A model generated the notes under the pieces. The model did no database searches. It was not told where the DNA came from and worked only from the letters and a program-made list of their open reading frames with translations. A program made the position numbers and the translations under genes. Of a DNA stretch of 64,000 nucleotides, positions 18,245 to 27,709 are shown one piece after another (within the stretch, counting starts at the first letter, position 1; the number at the start of each line of letters is the position of its first letter). This DNA is from Candidatus Sabulitectum sp. (GTDB lineage: Bacteria; Fermentibacterota; Fermentibacteria; Fermentibacterales; JCC-6): positions 6,161 to 70,160 of the forward strand of contig JAIOSV010000109.1 of the NCBI GenBank assembly GCA_021107435.1, in the 5' to 3' direction.

Positions 18245-18781
18245 ATGTCTGTAGAGAAAAAATTCCAGGAAAATGTAGAGAAAAGAGCACTTGTAGCTGA
18301 AAGTGTTTTTTTTGCATCGTTTATTGCGGGGCTGAACTCATTCGGCATACTAAACCAGGCCGTAGTAAACCTCGCATCCCGTCGTTCAGGAAAACACCTT
18401 GCCCATTTTGCTGAACTGGCGAATTTTTCTGATGCGGATCGGGCAACGGGCGCAAACTGGAGTGCTTTAAAGAAATTCGAAAAGGCTATTGAGATTCTGA
18501 AAAGAGTAATGCCCATCTCGAAGGATATTGAAACGAAAGAAAAAAATGGAGAGATTCTGGTCAGTATAAGAAACAGTACCTGCAAGTTTTGCCCCAAAGG
18601 AGTTGGCGAGGCGGAATTGCAGGGAACTCTATGTCCATTCCCGTCACTTCTGGAATCGTTCAGCAACGAACTATGGGAAAGCGAAGATATACAGTTGATT
18701 AAAGAAAGAGCGAAACCCATAATGAAAAAAGATGGCGACTGGTGCATCTTCAGATACAGAGCGAAGAAGGATTCTGAGTAG
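18245..18781 (+). CDS. Hypothetical protein, possibly V4R-domain (COG1719-like) with a Cys cluster
   Basis: About 178 aa. The pattern CKFCPKG...LCPF...KKDGDWCIFRY resembles the C-x2-C ... GD-C-F signature of V4R domains. AAAGGAG sits 6 nt before ATG 18245. The antisense ORF 18034..18747 is low-complexity and probably spurious. Confidence 0.4.
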   Translation: MSVEKKFQENVEKRALVAESVFFASFIAGLNSFGILNQAVVNLASRRSGKHLAHFAELANFSDADRATGANWSALKKFEKAIEILKRVMPISKDIETKEKNGEILVSIRNSTCKFCPKGVGEAELQGTLCPFPSLLESFSNELWESEDIQLIKERAKPIMKKDGDWCIFRYRAKKDSE

Positions 18782-19017
18782 AGAGTATCTTAGTTCAATA
18801 CCTCTAAAACCGACTGTTTTACAGCACTCACTGATTAGCTGAATGAATTGAGTTCATCTTTCTGCTTGTGTGAGACATATCTTCATGGTTCCGTTAGTTT
18901 CAGGCTGTAGGGTTGATACCTGCATTTCTTTTCGTACCGGTTTCCGGGTCTACAGTCGACCGCCGTATCAAGTCAGCGGCTTTGCCTATGGCGGGTATTT
19001 GAAGTAAATTAGCAGTC

Positions 19018-20643
19018 ATGAGTAAAAAAGCATTTCTTCTTTTCGCAGTTCTTATCCTGTTTGCCGGAACCCTTATCAGAGGGTGGGTGATTTATCGTAA
19101 TCCAATCCCTGCCGGTGACGGGATAGCCTCACATGTTCTTCTGGCGGACAACCTGAAGAGAGGGCTGGGGTTCAGCACGTTCCTGAAATGGACCCTTTAC
19201 GATTCTTCAGAGGAGTTCCTGAGACCGGAGGCCAACAGACAGCCTGCCATGGCATTCCTGCTGATTCCGGTTTTCTCTATCTTCGGTAGTGGCATAACAC
19301 AAGCTCAAATCGTCTCATTACTGCACGGTCTTCTGGCAATGTTTTTCTGCGCTTTCTGGGCAAAGAAGCTTTTCGGCAGAGAGGCTGCTCTGGTGGTACT
19401 TGGCTATCTTGCTGTGGATCCGCCCTTCGTCTGGTTCTCTACACAACCAGACAGTCTCATGCTTTATCTTTCACTTTTTTATCTGATACTTATTCTAGCC
19501 CACAGGGAAGAGATATCCTGGAAGAGAGCTATAGCTCTGGGAGCCATGTCCGGCTTTCTCTATCTGACCAGAACTCAGGGGGCCTTGATGGCACCTGCAA
19601 TGGGCTTGTGGATACTCATCAGGGGCGGTAAGCAAAAACGGCTGAAGGCTGTTCTCTGTGGAGTGACAGCCCTGATTGTTGTTTCCCCATGGCTCATAAG
19701 GAACATGAATGAATTTGGAAGCCCAACGCACAGCCAGAACGGACAGTTCCTGCTGAATGAGAATCACTGGTCAGCATGGAGTGTCCGTGATACAGCCCCG
19801 TCATCATCAGACATGTGGAATAATCAGGGATCAGTAGCGGTTGCAAAATATCTTGGTGCAGGCATTCTCAGAGTGATAGAGCCTTTTACACTGGGCAGCA
19901 CTCACCGGGGAGAGGTTTTCGGACAACCGACTTTAGTGATTTTCCTGGTGCCGGGAATAATCGCTCTCTTTTCAAAAAAAGCAAGAAAAAGAATGCTTCT
20001 TCCCCTGATAGCTATTGGCCCCGTACTTCTTGTTCTTGTTCTGCATCAGCATTCTGGCAGATATCTTACTGTCGCCGTCCCGGCAGTTGTGGGGCTGGGG
20101 GCCCTGGGCTTTAAGGAAATGATAAATCGACCGCCGGGAAGAGCTCTTCTGTACTGGATAATACCTATTTGTATTCTGATCCTTGCTGCTCCATTCATTA
20201 AGGTAATGCAGGCAGACAGCAGAGCGAGAGCTTCTGAAGCCATGGAAGCAGCTCTCTGGGTAGAGGAAAACGCTTCCGACTCCGCCTGGGTCTGCACATA
20301 CCCCAATGTGGAACTGTTTCACTGGATATATCGGAAACCCACACTGGCCTGGCCAAATGACTATGAAATGCTTCTCTGGCCCTATCTTGAAAATCATAAT
20401 GTACAATACATGGTGGTGGACAGAGACCTTCCCGCACTGAGACCCTGGCTTTCAAGATGCTGGAGAAGATCACCGGATGGCACTTTCTGGGATGTCGTAA
20501 ATCCTCCACCATTCATCACAGAAGTCTGGAGAACGGAATCAGGCAACACCATCGTCTACGAATTCACAGGATCAGTACCCGAGGAATACATGGCAGTTGA
20601 TTCTCTGCCCCCGGACAACTGTCGAGCCATAGGTCCACACTGA
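19018..20643 (+). CDS. Membrane glycosyltransferase, GT39/GT83-like (ArnT/PMT family)
   Basis: 541 aa. A polytopic N-terminal half (at least 10 predicted TM helices, with a first periplasmic loop of about 40 residues) is followed by a soluble C-terminal domain. This is the ArnT/PMT_2-type topology. Confidence 0.6.
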   Translation: MSKKAFLLFAVLILFAGTLIRGWVIYRNPIPAGDGIASHVLLADNLKRGLGFSTFLKWTLYDSSEEFLRPEANRQPAMAFLLIPVFSIFGSGITQAQIVSLLHGLLAMFFCAFWAKKLFGREAALVVLGYLAVDPPFVWFSTQPDSLMLYLSLFYLILILAHREEISWKRAIALGAMSGFLYLTRTQGALMAPAMGLWILIRGGKQKRLKAVLCGVTALIVVSPWLIRNMNEFGSPTHSQNGQFLLNENHWSAWSVRDTAPSSSDMWNNQGSVAVAKYLGAGILRVIEPFTLGSTHRGEVFGQPTLVIFLVPGIIALFSKKARKRMLLPLIAIGPVLLVLVLHQHSGRYLTVAVPAVVGLGALGFKEMINRPPGRALLYWIIPICILILAAPFIKVMQADSRARASEAMEAALWVEENASDSAWVCTYPNVELFHWIYRKPTLAWPNDYEMLLWPYLENHNVQYMVVDRDLPALRPWLSRCWRRSPDGTFWDVVNPPPFITEVWRTESGNTIVYEFTGSVPEEYMAVDSLPPDNCRAIGPH

Positions 20644-20658
20644 CCAGAGGAGTAAAAA

Positions 20659-21069
20659 GTGAACACTGCAATTCTCTTCACCACGAAGCACGGCACTGCA
20701 GCAAAATGCGCAGGAATTATCAGGGATAAAGCAGAAGAGAAAATCGAAGTGGTGAATCTGATGGAAACACAGGATTTCTCAGTAGAGCCTTTCGATAAAG
20801 TTATTCTTGGCTCTTCAGTCTATGTGGGAAAGATTCAGCCGGAGATGACTGTATTCTGCAAGAAGAACAAACAGGAACTTCTCACAAAGGAACTTGGTCT
20901 TTTCATCTGCTCCGGAGACCATGGAGAAGCGGGAAGAGGATACCTGAAGCTCTTTGGTGAAGAACTCCACAAACATGCAGTGTCAAAGAAACTGTTCGGT
21001 GACGAGATCTACTGGGGAAAGCTGAACTTCATGGAGAAACTCGCAATGAGAATTATTAAGAAAACATGA
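20659..21069 (+). CDS. Flavodoxin-like domain protein
   Basis: 136 aa. ILFTTKHGTAAKCA is a flavodoxin phosphate-binding loop (T/SxxGxT), and the C-terminus is HemG/flavodoxin-like. GTG start with GAGGAG 6 nt upstream. Confidence 0.65.
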   Translation: MNTAILFTTKHGTAAKCAGIIRDKAEEKIEVVNLMETQDFSVEPFDKVILGSSVYVGKIQPEMTVFCKKNKQELLTKELGLFICSGDHGEAGRGYLKLFGEELHKHAVSKKLFGDEIYWGKLNFMEKLAMRIIKKT

Positions 21070-21544
21070 AACCGAAGCCATATCTGAAATTGTCAAGGAA
21101 ATGCAGCTTTAGCTCGAATATCGCATTGAGGGTGTCATCAATGAACCGCTGAGCATTCGTGACGATCAATCTGCATTAAAGCAATGTTCTCAGTTTACAT
21201 AGAACTTCATGAACAACCGAGTCCGGTACCCTGTCTGCCAATCAGGTTTTCTACATGGGGGGGGGATTCAGATCAAATCCCCTCAACCGGATTGATAATA
21301 AGCTTGCCAGCCATATCCTTATAAGCACCATAAAGATCACATTCAATTACATGAGGCCTTACAAGATCTTCAACAAACAGACTTATTTTAACACGCTTGA
21401 TAACTTCTTGAAGGCCCCGTAGTAAACTTCTTTATCGATAGTTAACGTAAGTTTTTTGCTCATTGTAAGCATCTCCAATTCTCGCACATGTAGATTGAAG
21501 AGTTTTCAATAGACAACTTAACAAGTAGTAAGTCGTAAAGCATA

Positions 21545-21730
21545 ATGCGTATTATGAGAATAACTATATCTATACCTGATCCGATTGCTCGCAGATTTCA
21601 AGCTGCGATTCCTGCTCGTCAGAGATCTCGTCTGATTACTTCACTGCTTGAGCGTGAATTGGCTCGTCTTGAAGATCTTTATAGCATCTGCTTGCATGGC
21701 TGCCAGTCGAGACACTGTTTTGCAGAATGA
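21545..21730 (+). CDS. Ribbon-helix-helix (CopG/Arc-type) antitoxin
   Basis: 61 aa. RITISIPDPIARRF forms the beta-strand and IPARQRSRLITSLLEREL the helix. It sits 39 nt upstream of a PemK/MazF-type toxin frame. Confidence 0.5.
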   Translation: MRIMRITISIPDPIARRFQAAIPARQRSRLITSLLERELARLEDLYSICLHGCQSRHCFAE

Positions 21731-21769
21731 TATGGATGCATAGCAGGGATTTGATGATGAGATCGGGGA

Positions 21770-22108
21770 ATGAAACACCCTACCATCTAGCGTGGTGATT
21801 TATGGTGGCTTTGCCTTGATCCAACCCGGGGTTCCGAGATTAAGAAGACGCGTCCCTGCTTAGTTCTTACGAGTAATACTCTTAATAAACTAAGAAAAAC
21901 TGTTGTTGTTGTTCCGTTATCAACTGCTGCACAAGCTCATCCTCCAATTACCTTGCCCGTGACTCGTCAGAATAAATCTGCAGTTGCCATTATTGATCAG
22001 ATACGAGCTGTGGCAAAACACAGGTTTCATTCCAGAATAGAAATAGTCAGCGCAGACGAGATTGAAGCAGTCTGCAAGGCAATATCGTCTATATTGGAAT
22101 TCCGTTGA
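21770..22108 (+). pseudogene. PemK/MazF-family toxin interrupted by an in-frame amber codon
   Basis: Reads ATG AAA CAC CCT ACC ATC TAG, then RGDLWWLCLDPTRGSEIKKTRPCLVLTSNTLNKLRKTVVVVPLSTAAQAHPPITLPV...EFR*. The downstream part aligns to the MazF/PemK core (GDIWxVDFDP..GSEQ.G.RP.vVLS). The TAG at 21788-21790 is codon 7, and no alternative start follows it closely. Confidence 0.6.
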
Positions 22109-22138
22109 TCAATTCAGGTAGAGTTGCTGTTGTGCTCT

Positions 22139-22477
22139 CTACAGCAGTGTTCTCAGCTTGCCAAGAACAGCACTGACAAATGAATCGGGTGTGTTTTCTA
22201 TCAGTTCGACTTGTCGGGCTCGCCAGTCAAGGTTCTTTACCTGATCTGAAAGAACAACTCCTTCAATTAAGCAGTTTTCAGGCAATTGAACCTCAAAGGG
22301 ATAGCCTTTAATCCTGGAGGTAACAGGGCACATCAATGCCAGACCCACACGGTGATTGTATTTTCGGGGAGAAAGAATTAGTGCAGGTCTTCTTCCCGCC
22401 TGCTCATGTCCTGCCTGTGGATTAAGGGAAATCCAGACCAGATCGCCTCGCCCCGGAGGAATTGTCGTTATTACCAT
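22139..22477 (-). CDS. mazF: Type II toxin MazF (endoribonuclease)
   Basis: 112 aa. GDLVWISLNPQAGHEQAGRRPALILSPRKYNHRVGLALMCPVTSRIKGYPFEV is very close to E. coli MazF (GDLIWVDFDPTKGSEQAGHRPAVVLSP...KGYPFEV). Confidence 0.85.
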   Translation of the reverse strand: MVITTIPPGRGDLVWISLNPQAGHEQAGRRPALILSPRKYNHRVGLALMCPVTSRIKGYPFEVQLPENCLIEGVVLSDQVKNLDWRARQVELIENTPDSFVSAVLGKLRTLL

Positions 22478-22710
22478 TCCTCTCGTCCAACGCTTTTTCC
22501 GGTGCTTGTTTCTTCGTGAAGATTTTCATCAGTAACCTCTGCAAGAAGACTATCCAGGCTATACTCCATCTCAACTGATTTAACCAGAAGAGAACCCTTA
22601 TCAGTATGAAGCTCAACCTTTGCATTGTTCTTAAAGAGTAACTCCTCAGCAATTACTTTGGGAATTCTGATAGCCAGACTGTTTCCCCATTTTTTCACCG
22701 TTGTTATCAT
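22471..22710 (-). CDS. mazE: Antitoxin MazE
   Basis: MITTVKKWGNSLAIRIPKVIAEEL matches the MazE SpoVT/AbrB fold (VKRWGNSPAVRIP). GGAGG lies 6 nt before ATG 22710, and the gene overlaps mazF by 7 nt. The ORF track start at 22761 adds 17 unsupported codons. Confidence 0.8.
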   Translation of the reverse strand: MITTVKKWGNSLAIRIPKVIAEELLFKNNAKVELHTDKGSLLVKSVEMEYSLDSLLAEVTDENLHEETSTGKSVGREEW

Positions 22711-22917
22711 CTCGACCTCCGTATCTACAATGTAGATACGGCAATGGTCGTTCAAAGTCAAGGTCGTTAATGATTCTCATCCAGCGCAGCATTTCTTATG
22801 AGTTCACCTGTCTCATCTGTTTCACCGCATGCGAATAGAAGGGCAATGAGAAATGTGAGTGCTGTCAGTTCAAAGTGTTTCATTGCAGTCTACATGTTGT
22901 TTGCTAAGTATGATTTT

Positions 22918-23685
22918 TTACATCTGTGTGAATGCCAGTCCCCATAACGCAGTTACCAGAGCTGTGGGTATCGCCATTCTCTTCAGCATTATCTGGCTTC
23001 TCATCTTCCCGGAGGCGCAGTCCCATGATTTGTACAGGGGTATAAGAACGAATACGGATACAATGGAGGGAAGAAGAATGGTTGCGATAATTGATATGAG
23101 GATTACTGTTTGATTTCCCTGATGCATCAGAGCTTTGTTAAAGAGGTTTATAGCAAGCACCGGCCCCGGGAGAAGTGGATATAGTGTTAGTAGAAGAAAG
23201 GCGATTAACAGAACCGGATTCTTTCTGTCTGAAATTCCCGTAAGAAAACCGGACAGCATCACCAGTAAGGGAATAACTGAAACTATCAGGAGTTCATCAA
23301 GAATATACCCTGCGCGAAAGAGGGCATTATTGCTTGAAATTTGCGCTGGAGGAAACCAGACAAAACAACAGTATCCGAAAATGAAGATCCAGGCAACAGC
23401 AAGCCTGGGAAGAATCTTTACTGCAAGAAGTTTCCATTTTGAGAAAGGGAGAGATTTCAGGTATTCAGAAGCGTTGTCTGAATCCTCTGAAGAAAACATC
23501 ATGTAAGCCAGGCTGAATACCAGCATTAGAACTGACAGCGTAATTCCAGCTTCAGCATAGTGTGAAAAATGCTGATTGTCGGTAAGCCTCATGCTGTTGA
23601 TCCAGTACACTGCTGGAATCAGCAGAAGGAAGCTGAAGACAAGTCCCGCTTGTTTCAGGGTGTCAGTGATTTCTTTTTTCCACAT
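22918..23685 (-). CDS. ABC transporter permease (ABC-2-like, 6 TM)
   Basis: 255 aa hydrophobic protein lying directly downstream of the ABC ATPase. AGGGAG SD. Confidence 0.6.
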   Translation of the reverse strand: MWKKEITDTLKQAGLVFSFLLLIPAVYWINSMRLTDNQHFSHYAEAGITLSVLMLVFSLAYMMFSSEDSDNASEYLKSLPFSKWKLLAVKILPRLAVAWIFIFGYCCFVWFPPAQISSNNALFRAGYILDELLIVSVIPLLVMLSGFLTGISDRKNPVLLIAFLLLTLYPLLPGPVLAINLFNKALMHQGNQTVILISIIATILLPSIVSVFVLIPLYKSWDCASGKMRSQIMLKRMAIPTALVTALWGLAFTQM

Positions 23686-23701
23686 ATCTTGTACTCCCTT
23701 T

Positions 23702-24502
23702 CTACTGCAACTTGTAGGTGCTGACCATGAGCATTGTGAGGATGTCTGAGAGCTTCATCTGTTCACCAGCTCCTGGGAGAACAAGGTGCTCGGTTCTGCC
23801 TGTATAACTTCGGGAAGCAACTACATTTGCGTTTTCAGGGGCCTCATCGGCAACAACAAGTCTGGCGTTTTCAAGGAGGTACTCGGTTGATTCATTCAGG
23901 AGAATTCCTGTTTTTGTAAGGAAAATTACGCGATTGACAAGGTGTTCCACTTCATTGTAGTTCAAGTTTACCATTACCACGGTGGGCTTTCTGTCGGCCA
24001 TGGTTTTTACCAGTGTTTCCAGTGCCAGATTGCGGAGATGGGGGTCAACTGAGTGCAGTATCTCGTCTATGAGGATGAGTTTCGGGCCGGTGGAGAGTAT
24101 AAGTGAAAGATGGAAGATTACTTTCTGCCCAACTGAGAGTTCGCTTATTCTAGAATTCCAGTCGATGGATGCTTCTTTCAGGAGAGGGAGAGATGATTGT
24201 TTTACGCCGAAAGCATTCCAGTGGAGTGCAGCGAGATCTTTTACCTTCATGGACTTGTAGATGCTGAGGCTGTCCGGCAGGTAGCCGATAAGTTGTCTTG
24301 GATCCTTTATGTCGGGCCAGCCGTAATTGATTGTACCACTGGTTGGATAGAGGATGTTTGCGAGAACTTTCAGCAGGGTTGATTTACCAACGCCGTTCGG
24401 TCCTGTGATCATCACAACATCACCGTCGTTGATATCGAAGGAGATGTTTGACTGGACGGGGTTCTTCCCGTAGCCGCAGGTTACATTCTTAAGCTGGATC
24501 AT
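23702..24502 (-). CDS. ABC transporter ATP-binding protein
   Basis: Walker A GPNGVGKSTLL, signature LSVGQK, Walker B LILIDEIL and an H-loop are present. I placed the start at ATG 24500-24502, which has a GAGAGGA SD. The ORF track TTG start at 24520 lacks an SD. Confidence 0.9.
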   Translation of the reverse strand: MIQLKNVTCGYGKNPVQSNISFDINDGDVVMITGPNGVGKSTLLKVLANILYPTSGTINYGWPDIKDPRQLIGYLPDSLSIYKSMKVKDLAALHWNAFGVKQSSLPLLKEASIDWNSRISELSVGQKVIFHLSLILSTGPKLILIDEILHSVDPHLRNLALETLVKTMADRKPTVVMVNLNYNEVEHLVNRVIFLTKTGILLNESTEYLLENARLVVADEAPENANVVASRSYTGRTEHLVLPGAGEQMKLSDILTMLMVSTYKLQ

Positions 24503-24875
24503 TGGCGGATATCCTCTCAAGTTTTGCGGATAGAGTTTTTATTAGTTCTTCAGGTGTGAAGCCAAGCTCCACAGCCTGAGAGATGAATTCATCAGCTATT
24601 TCAGCCAGAAGCCTCCTTCTTGTTTTTCCCATGTGTTCCCTTTCAAGCTTTACGAAGAATCCTGAGCCGCTTTTTGACATGAGAAACCCCTCTCCTTCAA
24701 GTTGACGGTAAACTTTGGCAATAGTGTTAGGGTTGATCTTCAGCTGTGAGGCAAGTTCTCTTATCGATGGCATTCTGTGATCGGAGGGATACCTGTCGGA
24801 TACTATTCCCAGCCTGATCTGCCTTTTCAACTGCTCATACACAGGAACAGCGGAACCGGCATCGATTTTCAGCAT
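24489..24875 (-). CDS. GntR-family transcriptional regulator, YtrA subfamily
   Basis: 128 aa. The GntR wHTH region reads VPVYEQLKRQIRLGI...PSIRELASQLKINPNTIAKVYRQLEGEGFL and the C-terminal effector region is short. It is the first gene of the GntR-ABC ATPase-permease operon, and AGGAGGAA sits before its ATG. Confidence 0.85.
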   Translation of the reverse strand: MLKIDAGSAVPVYEQLKRQIRLGIVSDRYPSDHRMPSIRELASQLKINPNTIAKVYRQLEGEGFLMSKSGSGFFVKLEREHMGKTRRRLLAEIADEFISQAVELGFTPEELIKTLSAKLERISANDPA

Positions 24876-25180
24876 TGCATTTCCTCCTCTGTGATAATTG
24901 TACCACTGTAATAGTACAGTAGTACGATCATGTCAATACCTGTTTGATTTCAATTGATTTACCTCTATGTTTCAGAGTATTCTCACCTTTGGGAAGTGAT
25001 TCTTACGTTATTACCGGAAGGGTAGTTTCTTGGCTGGATCTGCCGGAAACTCTTTCAGGATGAATAAATGCTGACTATTCAGGGATGCTGCCTTCCGGCA
25101 TTTATATATTTGCCTGAGATATTCGACTGACATTTGTTAGAGAGGGTAGAGATGAAGAATCTGATAACTGCAGCATTAAT
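24790..25180. repeat. Left copy of a permuted segmental duplication: GntR 5' end plus promoter/operator (24790-24975), followed by a degenerate remnant of a T9SS C-terminal-domain coding tail (about 24990-25180)
   Basis: By eye the alignment is about 80-85% identical to 27520-27950. For example caggatgaataaatgctgactattcagggatgctgccttccggcatttatatatttgcctgagat pairs with caggatcaataaatgcagacttttctgggatactgccttccggtatttatattgtttatctgagat, and tagagatgaagaatctgataactgcag pairs with tagagacgaagagtctgataactgcag. In this copy the CTD-tail remnant has an internal stop and a deletion of about 17 nt. Confidence 0.6.
24900..24925. promoter_or_regulatory. Candidate YtrA-type operator (10-6-10 inverted repeat) in the GntR operon promoter
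   Basis: GTACCACTGT-aatagt-ACAGTAGTAC matches 9 of 10 positions in each arm. It lies 25-50 nt upstream of the GntR start. A degraded copy sits at 27893-27925. Confidence 0.45.
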
Positions 25181-25249
25181 GTGGAGAATCCGGCCTGCGA
25201 GGACTTTCTTCGTAGAGATATACCCAATGCCTGACAAGCGCATAGAACT

Positions 25250-27709
25250 ATGATATTTATTGCTTTGCTGCTCTTTCAGTGGGCACTGCCCGAATACTCG
25301 GTAACCGTTGATCCGGTTCAGCTGGAGTATCTCTATGAGCATTCACAGGAGGAACTGGAGATACCGGCAACAGTTACACTAGATACACTTACATCCGGAT
25401 GCACACTTGCCTTCAGGGGCGGAGCCAGCCAGTACCAGCTCAAGAAGAGCTGGCACATAAGGCTGAATAAAAACGAGCCCTTCCCCTGCGGAGAGCATAT
25501 TTTGCTGAGCGCCCAGTCCATGGACGCTTCCCTTATGCGCAATACACTGGGTCATATGCTGACAAGGGAGCTGGGTTATCCCGCCCCGGAAACCGAGTTC
25601 GTTACTCTCTCCATCAACGGTACCAATATGGGAGTTTACGAGCGGATAGAACGGATTGACAGGCTTTTCTACCAGAGGAACGGATTTGGATACGGTCCTC
25701 TCTTCAAGAGTATAGATACACTGGGAAGGCTTGTGTGCCAGTACGCGGACAAAACGGGCACATACAGTTTTGAACCCAAAATAGACAGTGAACCATATAA
25801 GTATCAGCTTGTTGAGCTTATTGAAAACTGTTTCAGAGGTGATGTTTCTTCCCTCGAAACAGAGGAGTTTATTGCTTTGTTCGCAGTAAAAACAGCAATA
25901 TCTAACAGGGATGCTGTGGTAAAGAACTTCTACCTGCACTTATGGCAGGGTCGCTGGCACATCTACCCATGGGATCGGGATGCCTCTTTCGGCAATACAC
26001 CCGGTGAGTACATTCCCGGCTGGACGAATAGATACAGTCTGGACGACATTCGTCGTTCCGGTGCATCCAGGGCTCTTCTTGAATCCTGGGATAATGTTCA
26101 ACTGTTGAATTCCTTTATAGCAGCTTCTGCAGAGATTATGGCAGAAAAATTCCCCGGGGCCGTTGACTCCATAAGACTTGAGATACGGGATGAACTGGCC
26201 GAAGATCCCTACTATGAATACACTTCAGCTCAGTTTGATTCAATCTGTACTGTGCTTTCAAATGATATTGAAGAAAGGGCCTCTTTTCTCTCAGAGGTTT
26301 ATCTTGCCGACTCGGCTTCGACTATTGAGAGTTTCGAAATATCTTCCTGTCTCAATCTGGGGAATCAGCTGGAATTCAAGTTGGAGATTGAAGGCGGTGA
26401 CCCGGATGGTGTGATACTTCTGCTTTCCATTGACGGAGCTGATGAAGAGTCGCACTATCTGCCGGAGGACAACGATGGAGAATACGAATTCACCTATGAT
26501 GTCCCTCCGGGAACCTACAGCGTGCGAATGGCATTCGGTCCCAGAATCAAGCCCTGTCGCCTACCTATTTTTTATCCGTCCTGGTCCTTCAAGGGTTATC
26601 AGGCAAGACAGGTTCCTGCTCCTGGCGCCAGGGTATCTCTGGCCCCACTTGAGCCGGATTATTTTTCTCCCGGTGTCCCGATCTGGTGTGGAGAAAACCT
26701 CTGGACGTTTCCTGTAACAAACACTGCGGATTTCATTCAGGATTTGAGCTTGTGCTCATTCAGGATCGGAACTCCTTCGGGAACCGTGTTTCTTCCGGAG
26801 TCGATCCTTGTGGGAGCAGGGGAAACATTTCACCTCACAAACAATGCATCTCTGGCGGGTGCCTTCTACTCCGGCCAGATTTTCGGAGATGCAGGTACTC
26901 CCTACCCTGTTAACTCGCAACTGATACTTAATGACCCGTCATGGCACGAAATGTACTCCTGGAGCATAGAGAACGGAGACTCTATTCCGGCTCAATTCCC
27001 TACGGTTATTCCCTGTGAAATTTCTATGGGTTGTGGACCTGACTGGATCGAACTCTATAATCCCGGCGGGGAAGTGGCAGACATGTCCGGATGGTATCTG
27101 ATAGATTCTGAAATGAACACTTCCTTCTTCCCGAATGGTACTTCGCTGGCACCGGGGCAACTCCTTGTTGTGTGGGAAGAGCCTCCTCCCGGCGAAGGAG
27201 GAACTGGTGCAGAAACACTCCAGTTGGATTTCAGCCTTAACTCCACAGAGGATTCTCTCAACATGTTTAACAGTCTCGGTACTCCTGTGTTCAGTATGGG
27301 CTGGAATGGCTCCTGGCCGGGGAATGAAACCGGTATCATGTATCTTGAGTTTCCTGAGAGTGTTATCGGATCACAGCACAGCTGGCGAGCTGCTATCCCG
27401 CCAGGAACCCCCGGTGAAGCAAATCCGGAATGGAATAGAATCCTCAACTACATAAATCTGCAGCTTGCTTCAGAAAATCCTTCGAACGGGGTATTCTCCA
27501 TTTCCTATCAGAGTTCTTCTCAGCCACTGGAGGCGATTCTATATGATCTTACCGGAAGGGTTGTCTCGCGACTGGACCTGCAGGAAGCTTTGTCAGGATC
27601 AATAAATGCAGACTTTTCTGGGATACTGCCTTCCGGTATTTATATTGTTTATCTGAGATCTTCAACGGGCAGGGCTTCTGTCCGACTGACAGTTCTTACA
27701 GAGGAGTAG
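25250..27709 (+). CDS. CotH-like atypical kinase domain - lamin-tail domain (LTD) - T9SS C-terminal sorting domain protein (secreted/surface cargo)
   Basis: 819 aa. The N-terminal CotH-like region reads FVTLSINGTNMGVYERIERIDRLFYQRNGF. The LTD motif is CGPDWIELYNPGGEVADMSGWYLID. The C-terminal beta-sandwich of about 80 aa (GVFSISYQSSSQ...GIYIVYLRSSTGRASVRLTVLTEE) is typical of T9SS type A CTDs. A short hydrophobic N-terminus is present. Confidence 0.75.
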   Translation: MIFIALLLFQWALPEYSVTVDPVQLEYLYEHSQEELEIPATVTLDTLTSGCTLAFRGGASQYQLKKSWHIRLNKNEPFPCGEHILLSAQSMDASLMRNTLGHMLTRELGYPAPETEFVTLSINGTNMGVYERIERIDRLFYQRNGFGYGPLFKSIDTLGRLVCQYADKTGTYSFEPKIDSEPYKYQLVELIENCFRGDVSSLETEEFIALFAVKTAISNRDAVVKNFYLHLWQGRWHIYPWDRDASFGNTPGEYIPGWTNRYSLDDIRRSGASRALLESWDNVQLLNSFIAASAEIMAEKFPGAVDSIRLEIRDELAEDPYYEYTSAQFDSICTVLSNDIEERASFLSEVYLADSASTIESFEISSCLNLGNQLEFKLEIEGGDPDGVILLLSIDGADEESHYLPEDNDGEYEFTYDVPPGTYSVRMAFGPRIKPCRLPIFYPSWSFKGYQARQVPAPGARVSLAPLEPDYFSPGVPIWCGENLWTFPVTNTADFIQDLSLCSFRIGTPSGTVFLPESILVGAGETFHLTNNASLAGAFYSGQIFGDAGTPYPVNSQLILNDPSWHEMYSWSIENGDSIPAQFPTVIPCEISMGCGPDWIELYNPGGEVADMSGWYLIDSEMNTSFFPNGTSLAPGQLLVVWEEPPPGEGGTGAETLQLDFSLNSTEDSLNMFNSLGTPVFSMGWNGSWPGNETGIMYLEFPESVIGSQHSWRAAIPPGTPGEANPEWNRILNYINLQLASENPSNGVFSISYQSSSQPLEAILYDLTGRVVSRLDLQEALSGSINADFSGILPSGIYIVYLRSSTGRASVRLTVLTEE

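Noticed and set aside
18034-18747. 237-aa minus-strand ORF overlapping the V4R-like gene
   Set aside because: The translation is low-complexity (runs of S, F and L) and lacks an RBS. It is antisense to a better-supported plus-strand gene with an SD.
21788-21790. In-frame TAG in the PemK-like gene as evidence of stop-codon reassignment
   Set aside because: All other genes in the window terminate normally with TAG, TAA or TGA and show no internal stops, so the genome uses the standard code. A nonsense pseudogene (or a base-call error) is the simpler explanation.
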